From Acidimicrobiia bacterium (GTDB taxonomy: Bacteria > Actinomycetota > Acidimicrobiia > Spongiisociales > ZC4RG35), in assembly GCA_965203555.1 (NCBI GenBank), contig CBDBCY010000004.1, positions 2,848,001 to 2,912,000 on the forward strand: a DNA stretch of 64,000 bases. The letters are read 5' to 3'. Positions 48,385 through 57,877 of the stretch are shown here, piece by piece. The notes under the pieces were generated by a model. That model was not told where the DNA came from. It did no database searches and saw only the letters and a program-made list of their open reading frames with translations. Positions within the stretch are counted from its first letter, which is position 1. Every line of letters begins with the position of its first letter. Made by a program: the position numbers and the translations under genes.

Positions 48385-50196
48385 TCAATCCGGCAAGGGA
48401 TCCAGTTGCAGGGTCTGTTCGGCGGCTTCCAGCGTCTGGTCTCCGTCGAGCGCCGGAAGGAACAGATCGCCGTAGCGGGACAGCCGGTCCCAGAGGTTGG
48501 CGATGTCAATATCGCCGTTGGCGAACTCCCCGACCTCTTCCCACAGCAGGGGCGCGGAAACCGGCGCCCCCGGAAGAGGCCGCACCGAGTAGACCGAGGA
48601 GACAGTCTGCCCGAAGGCGTTGCGGTTGTGGTCGATGAACACCTTCCCGGTTCGTTGGCGTTTGTCCCACGCCAGGGTCAGGTCGTCGGGATTGGCCGCA
48701 ACCAGCACCCGGGCGACCGCCGCCACGAATCGCCGCACTCGCCCGTAGCCGTGGATGGGCCGAAGCGGCAGGTAGACGTGCATGCCCCGGCTTCCCGACA
48801 GTTTGGGGACCGACCGCAGGCCCAACTGCTCAAGCGCCACTCCCAACAGTCGCACTCCTGCCACCACCTGCTCCCAGGAGGCCCCCGGGGCGGGATCGAA
48901 GTCGAACACCGCCCAGTCGGGGTGTCCCAGATCCGGATGGCGGGAGTGGAACGGATGCACCTCCACACACCCCATGTTGGCGAACCACAGCAGGGACTCC
49001 GGGTGGTCTGCGCACAGAAAGTCGATCTCCCCACCCATGGAGCGTGAACCAACCGGCAGGGTGCGCATCCACTCCGGATGATGACCGGGGGCTCGCTTCT
49101 CATAGAAGGAGGACCCCCCGATGCCGTCGGGAAAGCGTGACATGGACAGGGGCCGATCGCGCAGATGGGGGAGCAGGGTGGGGGCGACGGAGGCGTAGTA
49201 GCTGATCAGGTCTCCCTTCGTGTACCCGTCGGGGAAGAACGGCTTGGAGAGGTTGGAGAGGCTCACCGAACGCTTGGCCTCCCGGGGCCGGAACCGGTCG
49301 TCCATCGGTTCGACCCCGACCGGATCCGGGAAAGAGACCAGTCCCGAAGCCGCCTGGCGCCCCAGCCTTGGTGTCTTCTCCAGGCCGGCCACCACCGTGT
49401 GCAGCTCGGCGCCGATCTTCAGGTGGCTCTCCCACTCTCGGGCCTCGGAGATCACCACCATCGAGACACCCGACTCGCAGGCCGCTTCCACCAGTGGTCC
49501 GACGCGAAGGCTTCCCTCACCGTAGGGGACATGGCTGATCTCCCCGGCAGGTCCGAACCGGTTGTCGGTGAAGTGGGTGTGAAGCGGCGACAGCATCCAG
49601 GCGGGGAAGGAGTCCTTCAGAAAGGACAGCACTGTTTTGAACCGGTCCTTTCCGACCAGCCCACCTCCGGAGAGCGCGTGAAGGTGCGCCCAATCGATCA
49701 CCGGCCGCACGAACGGGAACTCCGAGGCCAACAGAGCGATGTCGCCCAGGGTCCCGAATGCGCCTTGGCGCCCGGCGGTTTCAAGGCCCAGCCCCACGCC
49801 CAGGTTTGCCACCTTGGGCGCCAGTGCGTCCAGGCGGCTTCGGATCAGGTCCATCACCTGCCCTGGGGCCCGACCCTTCAAGTGACCGGCGTGGGCGACG
49901 ATCAGGGGAGCGCGCAACTCCTGCCCCAGTTTCAGGGTGTGTTCCAGGGCAGACAGGCACATGCGGGACTTGTCGGGCTCCTCGGTGGTGAGAACCGCGA
50001 AGTAGGGAGCGTGAACCGAAATCCGGAAGTCCCGCTCCGCGGCGTGGGCGCCAAACTGTGCGCAGCGAACCTCCTTCCAGGGAAATCCTTTCACGAAGGA
50101 GAGTTCATAGGACCCTATGCCCTGTGAAGACAGGTCGTCGAAGAATTCCCGGTCCTCGGCGCCCTCCGGCGGCGGGGGACCGGAGACGCCGAACAT
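48385..50196 (-). CDS. endonuclease IV-type TIM barrel fused to a LigD polymerase (Prim-Pol) domain; start uncertain
   Basis: HAPY, HAG, ETAG, DWAHLHA, HTHF, ISE; then TKGDLISYY, RFPDG, FDFDP, KLSGSRGMHV, KVFIDHNRN. Confidence 0.88.
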   Translation of the reverse strand: MFGVSGPPPPEGAEDREFFDDLSSQGIGSYELSFVKGFPWKEVRCAQFGAHAAERDFRISVHAPYFAVLTTEEPDKSRMCLSALEHTLKLGQELRAPLIVAHAGHLKGRAPGQVMDLIRSRLDALAPKVANLGVGLGLETAGRQGAFGTLGDIALLASEFPFVRPVIDWAHLHALSGGGLVGKDRFKTVLSFLKDSFPAWMLSPLHTHFTDNRFGPAGEISHVPYGEGSLRVGPLVEAACESGVSMVVISEAREWESHLKIGAELHTVVAGLEKTPRLGRQAASGLVSFPDPVGVEPMDDRFRPREAKRSVSLSNLSKPFFPDGYTKGDLISYYASVAPTLLPHLRDRPLSMSRFPDGIGGSSFYEKRAPGHHPEWMRTLPVGSRSMGGEIDFLCADHPESLLWFANMGCVEVHPFHSRHPDLGHPDWAVFDFDPAPGASWEQVVAGVRLLGVALEQLGLRSVPKLSGSRGMHVYLPLRPIHGYGRVRRFVAAVARVLVAANPDDLTLAWDKRQRTGKVFIDHNRNAFGQTVSSVYSVRPLPGAPVSAPLLWEEVGEFANGDIDIANLWDRLSRYGDLFLPALDGDQTLEAAEQTLQLDPLPD

Positions 50197-50395
50197 GATC
50201 GGTGGCTGACCGAGGTCAGCGGCGGGGGGAGGTCGGTTCGGCACTCCGACTAATGATGGTCGCGGTGGGCGTGAAAGTGGCCCATGCGACCAAGTCCGCC
50301 GCCTGAAGTCAGACAAAACGCTGCTCCACAGGGTGGAATCGTTATATTTGGACGGCGGGTCATTCCCGGCCCGTCCAAGCAAGGAAGGAGCAGCA

Positions 50396-50587
50396 ATGGA
50401 AACCCTAGCCATTGTGTTGGCGGCGATCGGCGCTATCAACTGGGGATTAATCGGCTTGTTCGGTTTTGACCTGGTAGCGACCATCACCACCGCCGGAAAG
50501 TTCGGCGACACCAACATAATCTCTCGAATTATCTACGTGATCGTCGGTATCGCCGGCGTGATCGCTTTGATTGGTGCCTTCGGCTAA
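50396..50587 (+). CDS. DUF378 small membrane protein
   Basis: IGAINWGLIGLFGFDLV..SRIIYVIVGIAG; AAGGAG RBS. Confidence 0.9.
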   Translation: METLAIVLAAIGAINWGLIGLFGFDLVATITTAGKFGDTNIISRIIYVIVGIAGVIALIGAFG

Positions 50588-50621
50588 TAGCCAGCACTTC
50601 GACAATTCACCTTTTGTAGGC

Positions 50622-50673
50622 GGCTGCCCCATGGTGTCGACTTCCCACCGGGAGTCGGGGCCATGGGGCAGCC
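50622..50673. terminator. strong inverted repeat (terminator or REP-like)
   Basis: GGCTGCCCCATGG/CCATGGGGCAGCC 13-bp perfect stem plus an inner stem. Confidence 0.5.
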
Positions 50674-50783
50674 CGCGTCCCGGGCGCCTGCAGTGAATCG
50701 AGCCAAGGCGGTTACCTCCCATCTCGAAAGGATTCCGCACATGCCGGTAACCTCCCTGGGGTGGCAATCGGGTCGAATTCCTG

Positions 50784-51671
50784 GTGACTAGAAGAATCCT
50801 GTTCGGGATCTGTACCGACCAGGCGGCGCCGTACCAGGTGTTGGTGGACCGGTGGCGGTATTTCGAGGAACTGGGGTTCGACAGCGTCTGGGACTGTGAT
50901 CATTTCCTCCGGCCTTCCGATCCCTCGGGTCCCTACTTTGAAGGATGGACGCTGCTGGCTGCGTTGGCGACGCAAACCTCTCGGATTCGGGTGGGGGTGC
51001 TGGTCGGAAGCAATACCTTCCGTCATCCGGCGTTGTTGGCGCACCAAGCCATCACCATCGACCACATCTCGGAGGGACGCCTGGAGTTGGGATTCGGCGC
51101 GGGGTGGTTCGTGGAGGAGCACGAGCGCTTCGGCATACCGTTCGGCGAGCCCCGGGTGCTGGTGGACAGGTTCGAGGAGGCGGTGGAGATCATCGACGCC
51201 CTGCTCCGAGGAGAGACCACCACCTACGACGGTCGGCATTACCAGCTGGAGGAGGCCCGCCTGCGCCCCCGGCCGGTTCAGTTGCCCCGACCCCCGTTCA
51301 CGCTGGGCGCCCACCGCCCCCGCATGCTGGCCATCTGCGCCCGGTACGCCGACCGCTGGAACTCGTTCGGCACCGTGGAGGAGATCGCCGGACGGAACCG
51401 CCTGCTCGACGAGGCATGTGAGAAGATCGGACGGAATCCCACCGAGATCATCCGGTCCTTCTACGGATGGGCGTCCAACATGGCCGCCCAGGGTTTGCCC
51501 GACGCCTGGGAGAGCGTGGACGCCTTCACCGAAGTGGTGGGAAGATACGCCGAAGCGGGTATCAACGAGTTCGTGTTCGATCAACCCCAGCCCGAGCAGT
51601 ACGCCACGGCCGAGAGGATTGTCTCCGAGGTAGTCGAACCTGGTCTCCCGGCTGTTGAGGTGACGTGGTAG
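50784..51671 (+). CDS. LLM-class (luciferase-like) flavin/F420 oxidoreductase
   Basis: GFDSVWDCDH, EGWTLLAALA, FRHPALLA, ARYADRWN. Confidence 0.9.
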   Translation: MTRRILFGICTDQAAPYQVLVDRWRYFEELGFDSVWDCDHFLRPSDPSGPYFEGWTLLAALATQTSRIRVGVLVGSNTFRHPALLAHQAITIDHISEGRLELGFGAGWFVEEHERFGIPFGEPRVLVDRFEEAVEIIDALLRGETTTYDGRHYQLEEARLRPRPVQLPRPPFTLGAHRPRMLAICARYADRWNSFGTVEEIAGRNRLLDEACEKIGRNPTEIIRSFYGWASNMAAQGLPDAWESVDAFTEVVGRYAEAGINEFVFDQPQPEQYATAERIVSEVVEPGLPAVEVTW

Positions 51672-52525
51672 CAGCGGGAGACATCGCCTTCGGGGTGGCC
51701 ACCGGTCAGACGATGCCATACCGTGTGCTGGTAGAGCGGTGGCGGTACTTCGAGGAACTGGGGTTCGACAGCATCTGGCACTTCGACCATCTCCTGCAGC
51801 CCTATGAACCGTCCCTTCCGTATTTCGAGGGGTGGACGCTTCTGGCGGCCCTGGCCGCTCGAACCAGCCGCGTCCGGGTGGGGCTGCTGGTGGCGAGCAA
51901 TACCTTCCGTCATCCGGCGCTCTTGGCTCAGCAGGCCATCACCCTGGATCACATCTCACAGGGACGCTTGGAGATGGGGATCGGCGCGGGGTGGTTCGTG
52001 GAGGAGCATGATCGGTTCGGGATCCCCCTCCATCAGCCGGGGGTGCGGGTGGACAGATTCGAGGAGGCTTTGAAGGTGATCGACCCCTTGCTGCGCGGGG
52101 AGACCGTTTCCCATCAGGGCCGTCACTATCAGCTCCGCGAGGCACGGCTCCGCCCCCGGCCGGTACAATCACCCCGCCCACCCCTGACCCTGGGCGCCCA
52201 CCGGCCCCGGATGCTGGGGATCTGCGCGCGCTACGCGGACCGATGGAACTCCACAGGAACGGTGGAGCAGATGGCCGAACGGAACCGCCGACTGGACGAG
52301 GCATGCCGGAGGATCGGCCGTGATCCGGCCGAGATAACCCGTTCCGTCCTCGCCGGGAACACCAATCTGGACTCCCAGGGTCTGCCGGACGCATGGTCGA
52401 GTATCGACGCGTTCAACGAAGTGGTGGGAAGATACGCCGAGGCGGGTATCAACGAGTTGATCTTCGAACCGCCCCGACCCGAGCGGTTCTCCACGGCCGA
52501 GAAGATTATGGCGGAGGTGAGATAA
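51665..52525 (+). CDS. LLM-class oxidoreductase, tandem paralog
   Basis: Same motifs; close DNA similarity to the upstream copy. Confidence 0.9.
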   Translation: MVAAGDIAFGVATGQTMPYRVLVERWRYFEELGFDSIWHFDHLLQPYEPSLPYFEGWTLLAALAARTSRVRVGLLVASNTFRHPALLAQQAITLDHISQGRLEMGIGAGWFVEEHDRFGIPLHQPGVRVDRFEEALKVIDPLLRGETVSHQGRHYQLREARLRPRPVQSPRPPLTLGAHRPRMLGICARYADRWNSTGTVEQMAERNRRLDEACRRIGRDPAEITRSVLAGNTNLDSQGLPDAWSSIDAFNEVVGRYAEAGINELIFEPPRPERFSTAEKIMAEVR

Positions 52526-52578
52526 ACCCCGGCCTGTGAACCATCCCAGCCGGCTGGGTATTCAAGTAACTGGTCCGA

Positions 52579-52971
52579 TCAGGCCCTGGCGCCCAGCGGC
52601 TTGGTGGGGCGGGACAGCACGTACCACCAGGCAATTGCTGCTACTGCCACCAGGATCACTCGGAGGGTGGTGTTGCTGGTCAGGAGGACCGCCGACACAC
52701 CGATCGAGAGGGTTATCCCCACCAAAGCGATGGCCTTGGCCCGTTTGGTGAGACCGCCCTGGTAACTGCGGATGATCTTGCCGAACACCGGGTGGTTGCG
52801 AAGCCACATCTCAAAACGCCGTGACGACCGGGCGAAGAAGAACAGCGCCAGGATCACGAAGTCCGCAGTGGGAATCCCGGGCAGCCAACTGATAAAAACG
52901 AACCCGAGACAGATCAATCCCAGGATGAGATAGATCAGGCGGACGAGGGGAAATCGGGCTATCTGCGCCAC
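52579..52971 (-). CDS. YbaN/DUF454 membrane protein
   Basis: LPGIPTADF..FARSSRRFEMWLRNHPVFG. Confidence 0.85.
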   Translation of the reverse strand: MAQIARFPLVRLIYLILGLICLGFVFISWLPGIPTADFVILALFFFARSSRRFEMWLRNHPVFGKIIRSYQGGLTKRAKAIALVGITLSIGVSAVLLTSNTTLRVILVAVAAIAWWYVLSRPTKPLGARA

Positions 52972-53046
52972 ATCCCAGAGGCTACGAATTATTGACCAAT
53001 AAATCAAAGCCACTCTGTGTTTTCTGGACGCAACTAGCCTTCCGAT

Positions 53047-53475
53047 ATGGCCTACCGGACTGTCCAGAGGGTGCGTTTCTCCGACCTCGACCCCTACAAC
53101 CACGTCAACCACGCCCGGTATCTGAGCTTCTTCGAGATGGCGCGGGTGGATCTGCTGGACGAGATAGGTTTCAGCATGGAGCAGCTAGCCGCAATGGGTC
53201 TTCAGATCGTGCTGGTGGAAGCCAACATCCGTTATTACACCCCGGCGCGCCTGGGCGACGAGATCCAGATCGCCACCAGGGTCAGGGAGGTGCGCCGCGC
53301 CTCTACCCGCTGGTCACAGAGAGCACAGATGGGTTCAGAGCAGGTGGCAGCGCTGGAGATAAAAGCGGCCTTCACCAATCTTGACGGCAAACCCCAACGC
53401 ACTCCCCGAGGCTTTGCCGAGGCAACCGCGCCCTATCGAGTGGAAGACTTAAAACGCAGGCCGCTACCTGGCTGA
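53047..53475 (+). CDS. acyl-CoA thioesterase (YbgC/4HBT family)
   Basis: VRFSDLDPYNHVNHARYLSFFEMAR. Confidence 0.9.
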   Translation: MAYRTVQRVRFSDLDPYNHVNHARYLSFFEMARVDLLDEIGFSMEQLAAMGLQIVLVEANIRYYTPARLGDEIQIATRVREVRRASTRWSQRAQMGSEQVAALEIKAAFTNLDGKPQRTPRGFAEATAPYRVEDLKRRPLPG

Positions 53476-53499
53476 CAACGCCAGTGAACATAAAAGACC

Positions 53500-53973
53500 C
53501 GGCCCAAGGAGGGCCCCCGGTTTGGACCAGACCCGGACCAAAAGCAGTCCCAGGGCCTTGTTCAACCCGCAGACATGACCCCATGTGAAAGAACGAAGAA
53601 ACGTTCCCAACGTGGAAGGGGCCATCATCCAAACGGTAACACCCTCCGGGTTGCTGCGGACCGCAGACGATCAGCATGATCGATATGGGTGCCGCCCAAC
53701 AGCATTCGACGCCACCAACGACAGCATCTTGCGGCCCGGACGTCCGCCGCCCGCTCTGCCGCCATCCGAACGGTGTCGTCCACCAACTGTTCCACACCCA
53801 ACCGGGACAAAAGACCTCCCACCAGCAACAGGTACGCATCCGCCACCAAAGACCCCTCGCTGCCAAGGGCAAACAGCCGTGTTCAGTTACTGCTGTTTTT
53901 CCAGGTCAGAGAGGCACTTCCCCTCATTTACCCGAACCACACCCACCCAAACTGCCCGATCGGTGGATTGAGG
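53500..53973 (-). mobile_element. IS1380-family remnant (left end plus transposase N-terminus)
   Basis: End CCTCAATCCACCGAT at 53973; GGTHIDHADRLR..MAPSTLGTFLRSFTWGHV with frameshifts. Confidence 0.75.
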
Positions 53974-53974
53974 T

Positions 53975-56344
53975 TTATTGGTTTGGGGTCATGCGGTAGC
54001 CGGTCCGGTGTTCGGTGTGAATGTGGGTGGGGTTGGTGGCGTTGTCGCCCAGTTTGCGGCGGAGGCTGCTGATCACGGTTCGCATTGGTCTGAGGTCCCT
54101 GTTCTTTTGTTGGCCCCAGACTCGTTTCAGGAGTTGTTCGTAGGTTATGACGTGACCGGCATTTTGTGACAGTTCGGCCAGGAGGCGGTACTCGATGGCG
54201 GTTAGTTGGACTGGTCGGCCTGCGAGAGTGACTCGGCGGCGGGTGTAGTCGATGGTCAGGTCACCTACGTTGTACGGCTTGGCCGGTTCGTGTGTGGCTT
54301 CTTTGCGTAGGGCGGCTCTGATCCTGGCGGCTAGCTCGGTAGGTGAGAACGGTTTGACGATGTAGTCGACTGCTCCCATGTCGAAAGCCTTGGCGATTAT
54401 GTCTTCTTGGCCGTACACGGACAGGAAGATGATCGGCATGTCGGTTGTTTTGAGGATGTCTTTCATCAGGGCGATTCCGTCCGTGCCGGGGAGCATCAGG
54501 TCTAACAGGACCAGTTGCGGATGGTTTGTTTCGACCAGGTGCTGTGCTTTGGTCGGATCGCCGGTCACGATCGGTTTGTATCCCTCTTTGGTTAGTACGT
54601 TGCGCACGTACCGAAGCGCTTGGGGGTCGTCATCTACCACCAGTATTGGCTGGTCGTCTTGTGAGCGGCTGGTGGAGGAGTGGGATGGGTCGGCGGGTGT
54701 GCCGGTTGTGACCTGTTCGGCTATCGGGATCGTGAAAGTGAACCGAGTGCCCGTTCCGGGACCGTCGCTCTCGGCCCAGATGCGACCCCCGTGAGCCTCG
54801 ACGATCCCTTTGCAGATCGCCAGGCCCATGCCCGGCCCCCGCAGCAGGTTTTCGTGGTTATCGGTTCTCCAGTCGGGGAGTTTTCCGAACAGGTGAGGCA
54901 ATAGCTCGGGTGTCACGCCTTTGCCCCGGTCGGAGACGGACACCGCCACATGAAGACCGTCTCGGACCGCGGTTATCCGGATAACAGACGACTCGTCAGA
55001 AAACCGGGCGGCGTTGCCCAACAGGTTGCTGAGCACTTGAACAATGCGGCGCCTGTCCGCCATCACCATCGGCAGGCCCGGCGCCAGGTCGATACGCAAG
55101 TTGTCACCGTCCCCGCCGCTGAGGAAGGTGTTCTTTGCCTCTTCTACTATGGTGACCAAAACCTCAGGCTTGGGAGAGACTGAAAGAGTGCCGGTCTCGA
55201 CCCGTGCAAGATCCAAAAGATCACTTATCAGTTCCCGCATCCGGTCGGTCTGCGCATCGATGATCCGGTAAAACTGGACTGTCTCGGCCGGATCCAGAGA
55301 CGCCCCCAGCATGGTGGTAACAGATCCCTTGATGGACATAAGAGGCATCCTCAATTCGTGGCTCACCATCGCCAGGAACCCGGCCCGGAGCCGCTCCAAC
55401 TCCTCCACATCGGTCATATCCTGCAGCGTTACCACGAACGACTCGACCCCTCCGTCACCTGAACGGATGGGTGTGGCGTTCACCAAAACGGTGACACGCC
55501 GCCCGTCGGGAACCTGCATGACGATCTCCTCGGCCCGTACAGTCTCCCCGCCGCTCAACGTCTGCGCCAACGGCAACTCGTCGAAAGAGACTTCCCTCCC
55601 GTCCCCACGGCGAATCGTCATAACCTCCAAAAGCTGCTCCGGCGACTGACCCGGATCCCTGAGACGGTCAACGATTCTCCGGGTTTCCCGGTTAATCGAC
55701 ACCACCCCTCCCGACCGGCCGTCCAAGACCACGACCCCGACCGGCGAAGTGTTGATCAGAGTCTCCAGATCGGCCCTTGCCCGCTGCTCGTCCCTAAACG
55801 CCCGGGCGTTGGCTATCACCATCGCTGCCTGCGACGCGAACAACACCAAAGTCTCCTCGTCCTCCGACGTGAACCCCCGACCCCCCTCCTTCCGACCCAC
55901 GTAAATACCCCCCACCCGCGTCCCTTGATGAAACACCGGCGCGCCCAAAAGAGAAAAATCCGGATCGTTCCCCACCGGAGGAGGCAACCGAGGAAGACCC
56001 AAAGAACCCATATGCCCCACCAAATCCCGAATCCTCAAAGGCTCGGGAATACTCCCCAGATACTCGAAAAGTCGCATCCCATCCGGCATGTCCCACAACA
56101 ACTGCGCCTCCTCCACCGTCAAACCCGAAGAAAGAGAATCCCGCAGCCGCCCCGACCCCTCCAACAGCGTAATAACCCCATAACGAGCCCCGGTCAACGA
56201 CCGAGCAGAATCCAACACCCCCTGCAACACCGTGTCATAATCAAGACTTTCGTTGATCCGCAGACTGGCGTGCCTCAACCGCGACAAACGATCCCGAAGC
56301 GCCTCAACCTGCCCCCTCAAATCATCGACTCGCTCCACACTCAC
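53975..56344 (-). CDS. soluble hybrid sensor-regulator: GAF-PAS-HisKA-HATPase-REC-winged-helix
   Basis: SHELRMPL, NLLGNA, DRGKG, GMGLAICK, VVDDD, LLDLMLP, KPFS, LRRKLGD..GYR; no TM segments. Confidence 0.9.
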   Translation of the reverse strand: MSVERVDDLRGQVEALRDRLSRLRHASLRINESLDYDTVLQGVLDSARSLTGARYGVITLLEGSGRLRDSLSSGLTVEEAQLLWDMPDGMRLFEYLGSIPEPLRIRDLVGHMGSLGLPRLPPPVGNDPDFSLLGAPVFHQGTRVGGIYVGRKEGGRGFTSEDEETLVLFASQAAMVIANARAFRDEQRARADLETLINTSPVGVVVLDGRSGGVVSINRETRRIVDRLRDPGQSPEQLLEVMTIRRGDGREVSFDELPLAQTLSGGETVRAEEIVMQVPDGRRVTVLVNATPIRSGDGGVESFVVTLQDMTDVEELERLRAGFLAMVSHELRMPLMSIKGSVTTMLGASLDPAETVQFYRIIDAQTDRMRELISDLLDLARVETGTLSVSPKPEVLVTIVEEAKNTFLSGGDGDNLRIDLAPGLPMVMADRRRIVQVLSNLLGNAARFSDESSVIRITAVRDGLHVAVSVSDRGKGVTPELLPHLFGKLPDWRTDNHENLLRGPGMGLAICKGIVEAHGGRIWAESDGPGTGTRFTFTIPIAEQVTTGTPADPSHSSTSRSQDDQPILVVDDDPQALRYVRNVLTKEGYKPIVTGDPTKAQHLVETNHPQLVLLDLMLPGTDGIALMKDILKTTDMPIIFLSVYGQEDIIAKAFDMGAVDYIVKPFSPTELAARIRAALRKEATHEPAKPYNVGDLTIDYTRRRVTLAGRPVQLTAIEYRLLAELSQNAGHVITYEQLLKRVWGQQKNRDLRPMRTVISSLRRKLGDNATNPTHIHTEHRTGYRMTPNQ

Positions 56345-57877
56345 CTCACCTCAACACCACCGGACACGAACCAACCCGCACATCCTCACAAAAACCTGAC
56401 ACCAAACAAACCGGAATCAACACACCCCGACCGTTAACGACCCCCACTATACCAACAACCACTCCCCGCCCTCACAACAACTCACAGCATCAATCCCCCC
56501 CAGGCATCCCCGGGACGGCTCAACAGAACCAGATGGCTTCCAACATCACGCTCAAATGCTTCCTGTGATCCCAGGGGAACTTTCAGGGCGAGGGCTTACA
56601 GTCGGCCTAAACGGCGCAGAGAGAGCAGACCCCAAACGGGCGGTTGTTTCCCGGCCTTCCGCAGGCGATCCGCACGATCAGAACCGAAAGAGCCGCTCCC
56701 ACAGAGACATGCCGGTGTTGGCAGCGTCACAGTCCAGGCTTTACCTCCAGAAGTCGTGTCCGCCGTCGATCCGATCAGTCCGTCAGGCGCGGCTGACCGA
56801 CATTCATCCATCAGTATCTGCCAACAGACGCGACTACCGAACGCGGCGGGTGCACGCCGGACTGCGGCTGGTTTCAGCTGTGAATCGATGTCCTCGACGG
56901 CGAAGGGGACGGTTCCCCGCGGTTCGTTTCCACCATCCCCACGCCGATGCCGGTCAGGCGGCGGGCCCGGCAGGCGCCGCAGTTGTCGGTGTCCCCCGGC
57001 CCGACCCGGACCATCCCAGCCCGTACCAAGGGGGCGGAGCCCGCCGCAAAAGGGAACGAAAGACCCCACCCACAAACGCGCGGAGGTGCGCAGAGTATCA
57101 ATCCGGGCCGCTGCTCCTGACCCCCGCACACCCCGGTTTAGCCATGTCTCATAAGAACTCACACATTATTGCGCGAAAACCCACATCATGCTGATAAGTC
57201 CTGTTTCGGAGCCCCTTAAACCGCCACCCCTTTAGTTATGGTGATTAAACAACCGGTAGGAAGAAGCGGAATGCTGTGGGCAAGGCTTTTGGGAAAGGCT
57301 ACCCAAGACGAAACGCAGGTCTTGGTTGGACGAATCGCGGGGGGGGGGGGGTCTTTTGGTGTGCTTCTCGGTGGTGGGGTCAGCAGGGCGCCAGGGTACA
57401 GATTGGGGACATCTTCCGAGAAGGGGCCGGCGGCAGCGGTAACAGGCGGTAAGGACACAACCGCGGACCCGCGCCTGCGGGCTGTCTTCGAACTGATCCT
57501 CCCTAAAACCAGTGACCGATCACCGACTTGTATGACCTGGCATACCGTCACCGTCGGGCATGGCATCGTGAACCCGCAGAAACAGACCACCTGCCGCATC
57601 CAGCGGATCTCTAGAAAAACTGCCGGACCCTCCAAAAACACTGTTCGACAGCAACGACAAGCCCCCCGCATCGCCAGCCATGCCGGCACCGGTCCGCAAC
57701 CGGGCCTCCGGTCAGTCACCCGGTCGCGTTCAAAGGCCAGCCGGGAAGTCCCCGGACCAAACCCAGCACCGGACCAAACCCAGCACCACTCGGGCACGAC
57801 GAAAGCACGTCGCTGTACGCGACAACGATGACCAAACAACAAACCCGCGAAAACACCAAAACCGAGAGGATCAAAAC

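Noticed and set aside
341-52494. Many long antisense or alternate-frame ORFs (e.g. 1588-2934, 5483-6802, 14002-15408, 35483-36778, 45780-47063)
   Set aside because: Shadow ORFs expected from high-GC codon bias over well-supported genes.
56556-57831. ORFs 56556-57194, 56596-57162, 57216-57971, 57238-57831
   Set aside because: Mutually overlapping, Arg/Pro-rich and motif-free; treated as intergenic or decayed sequence.
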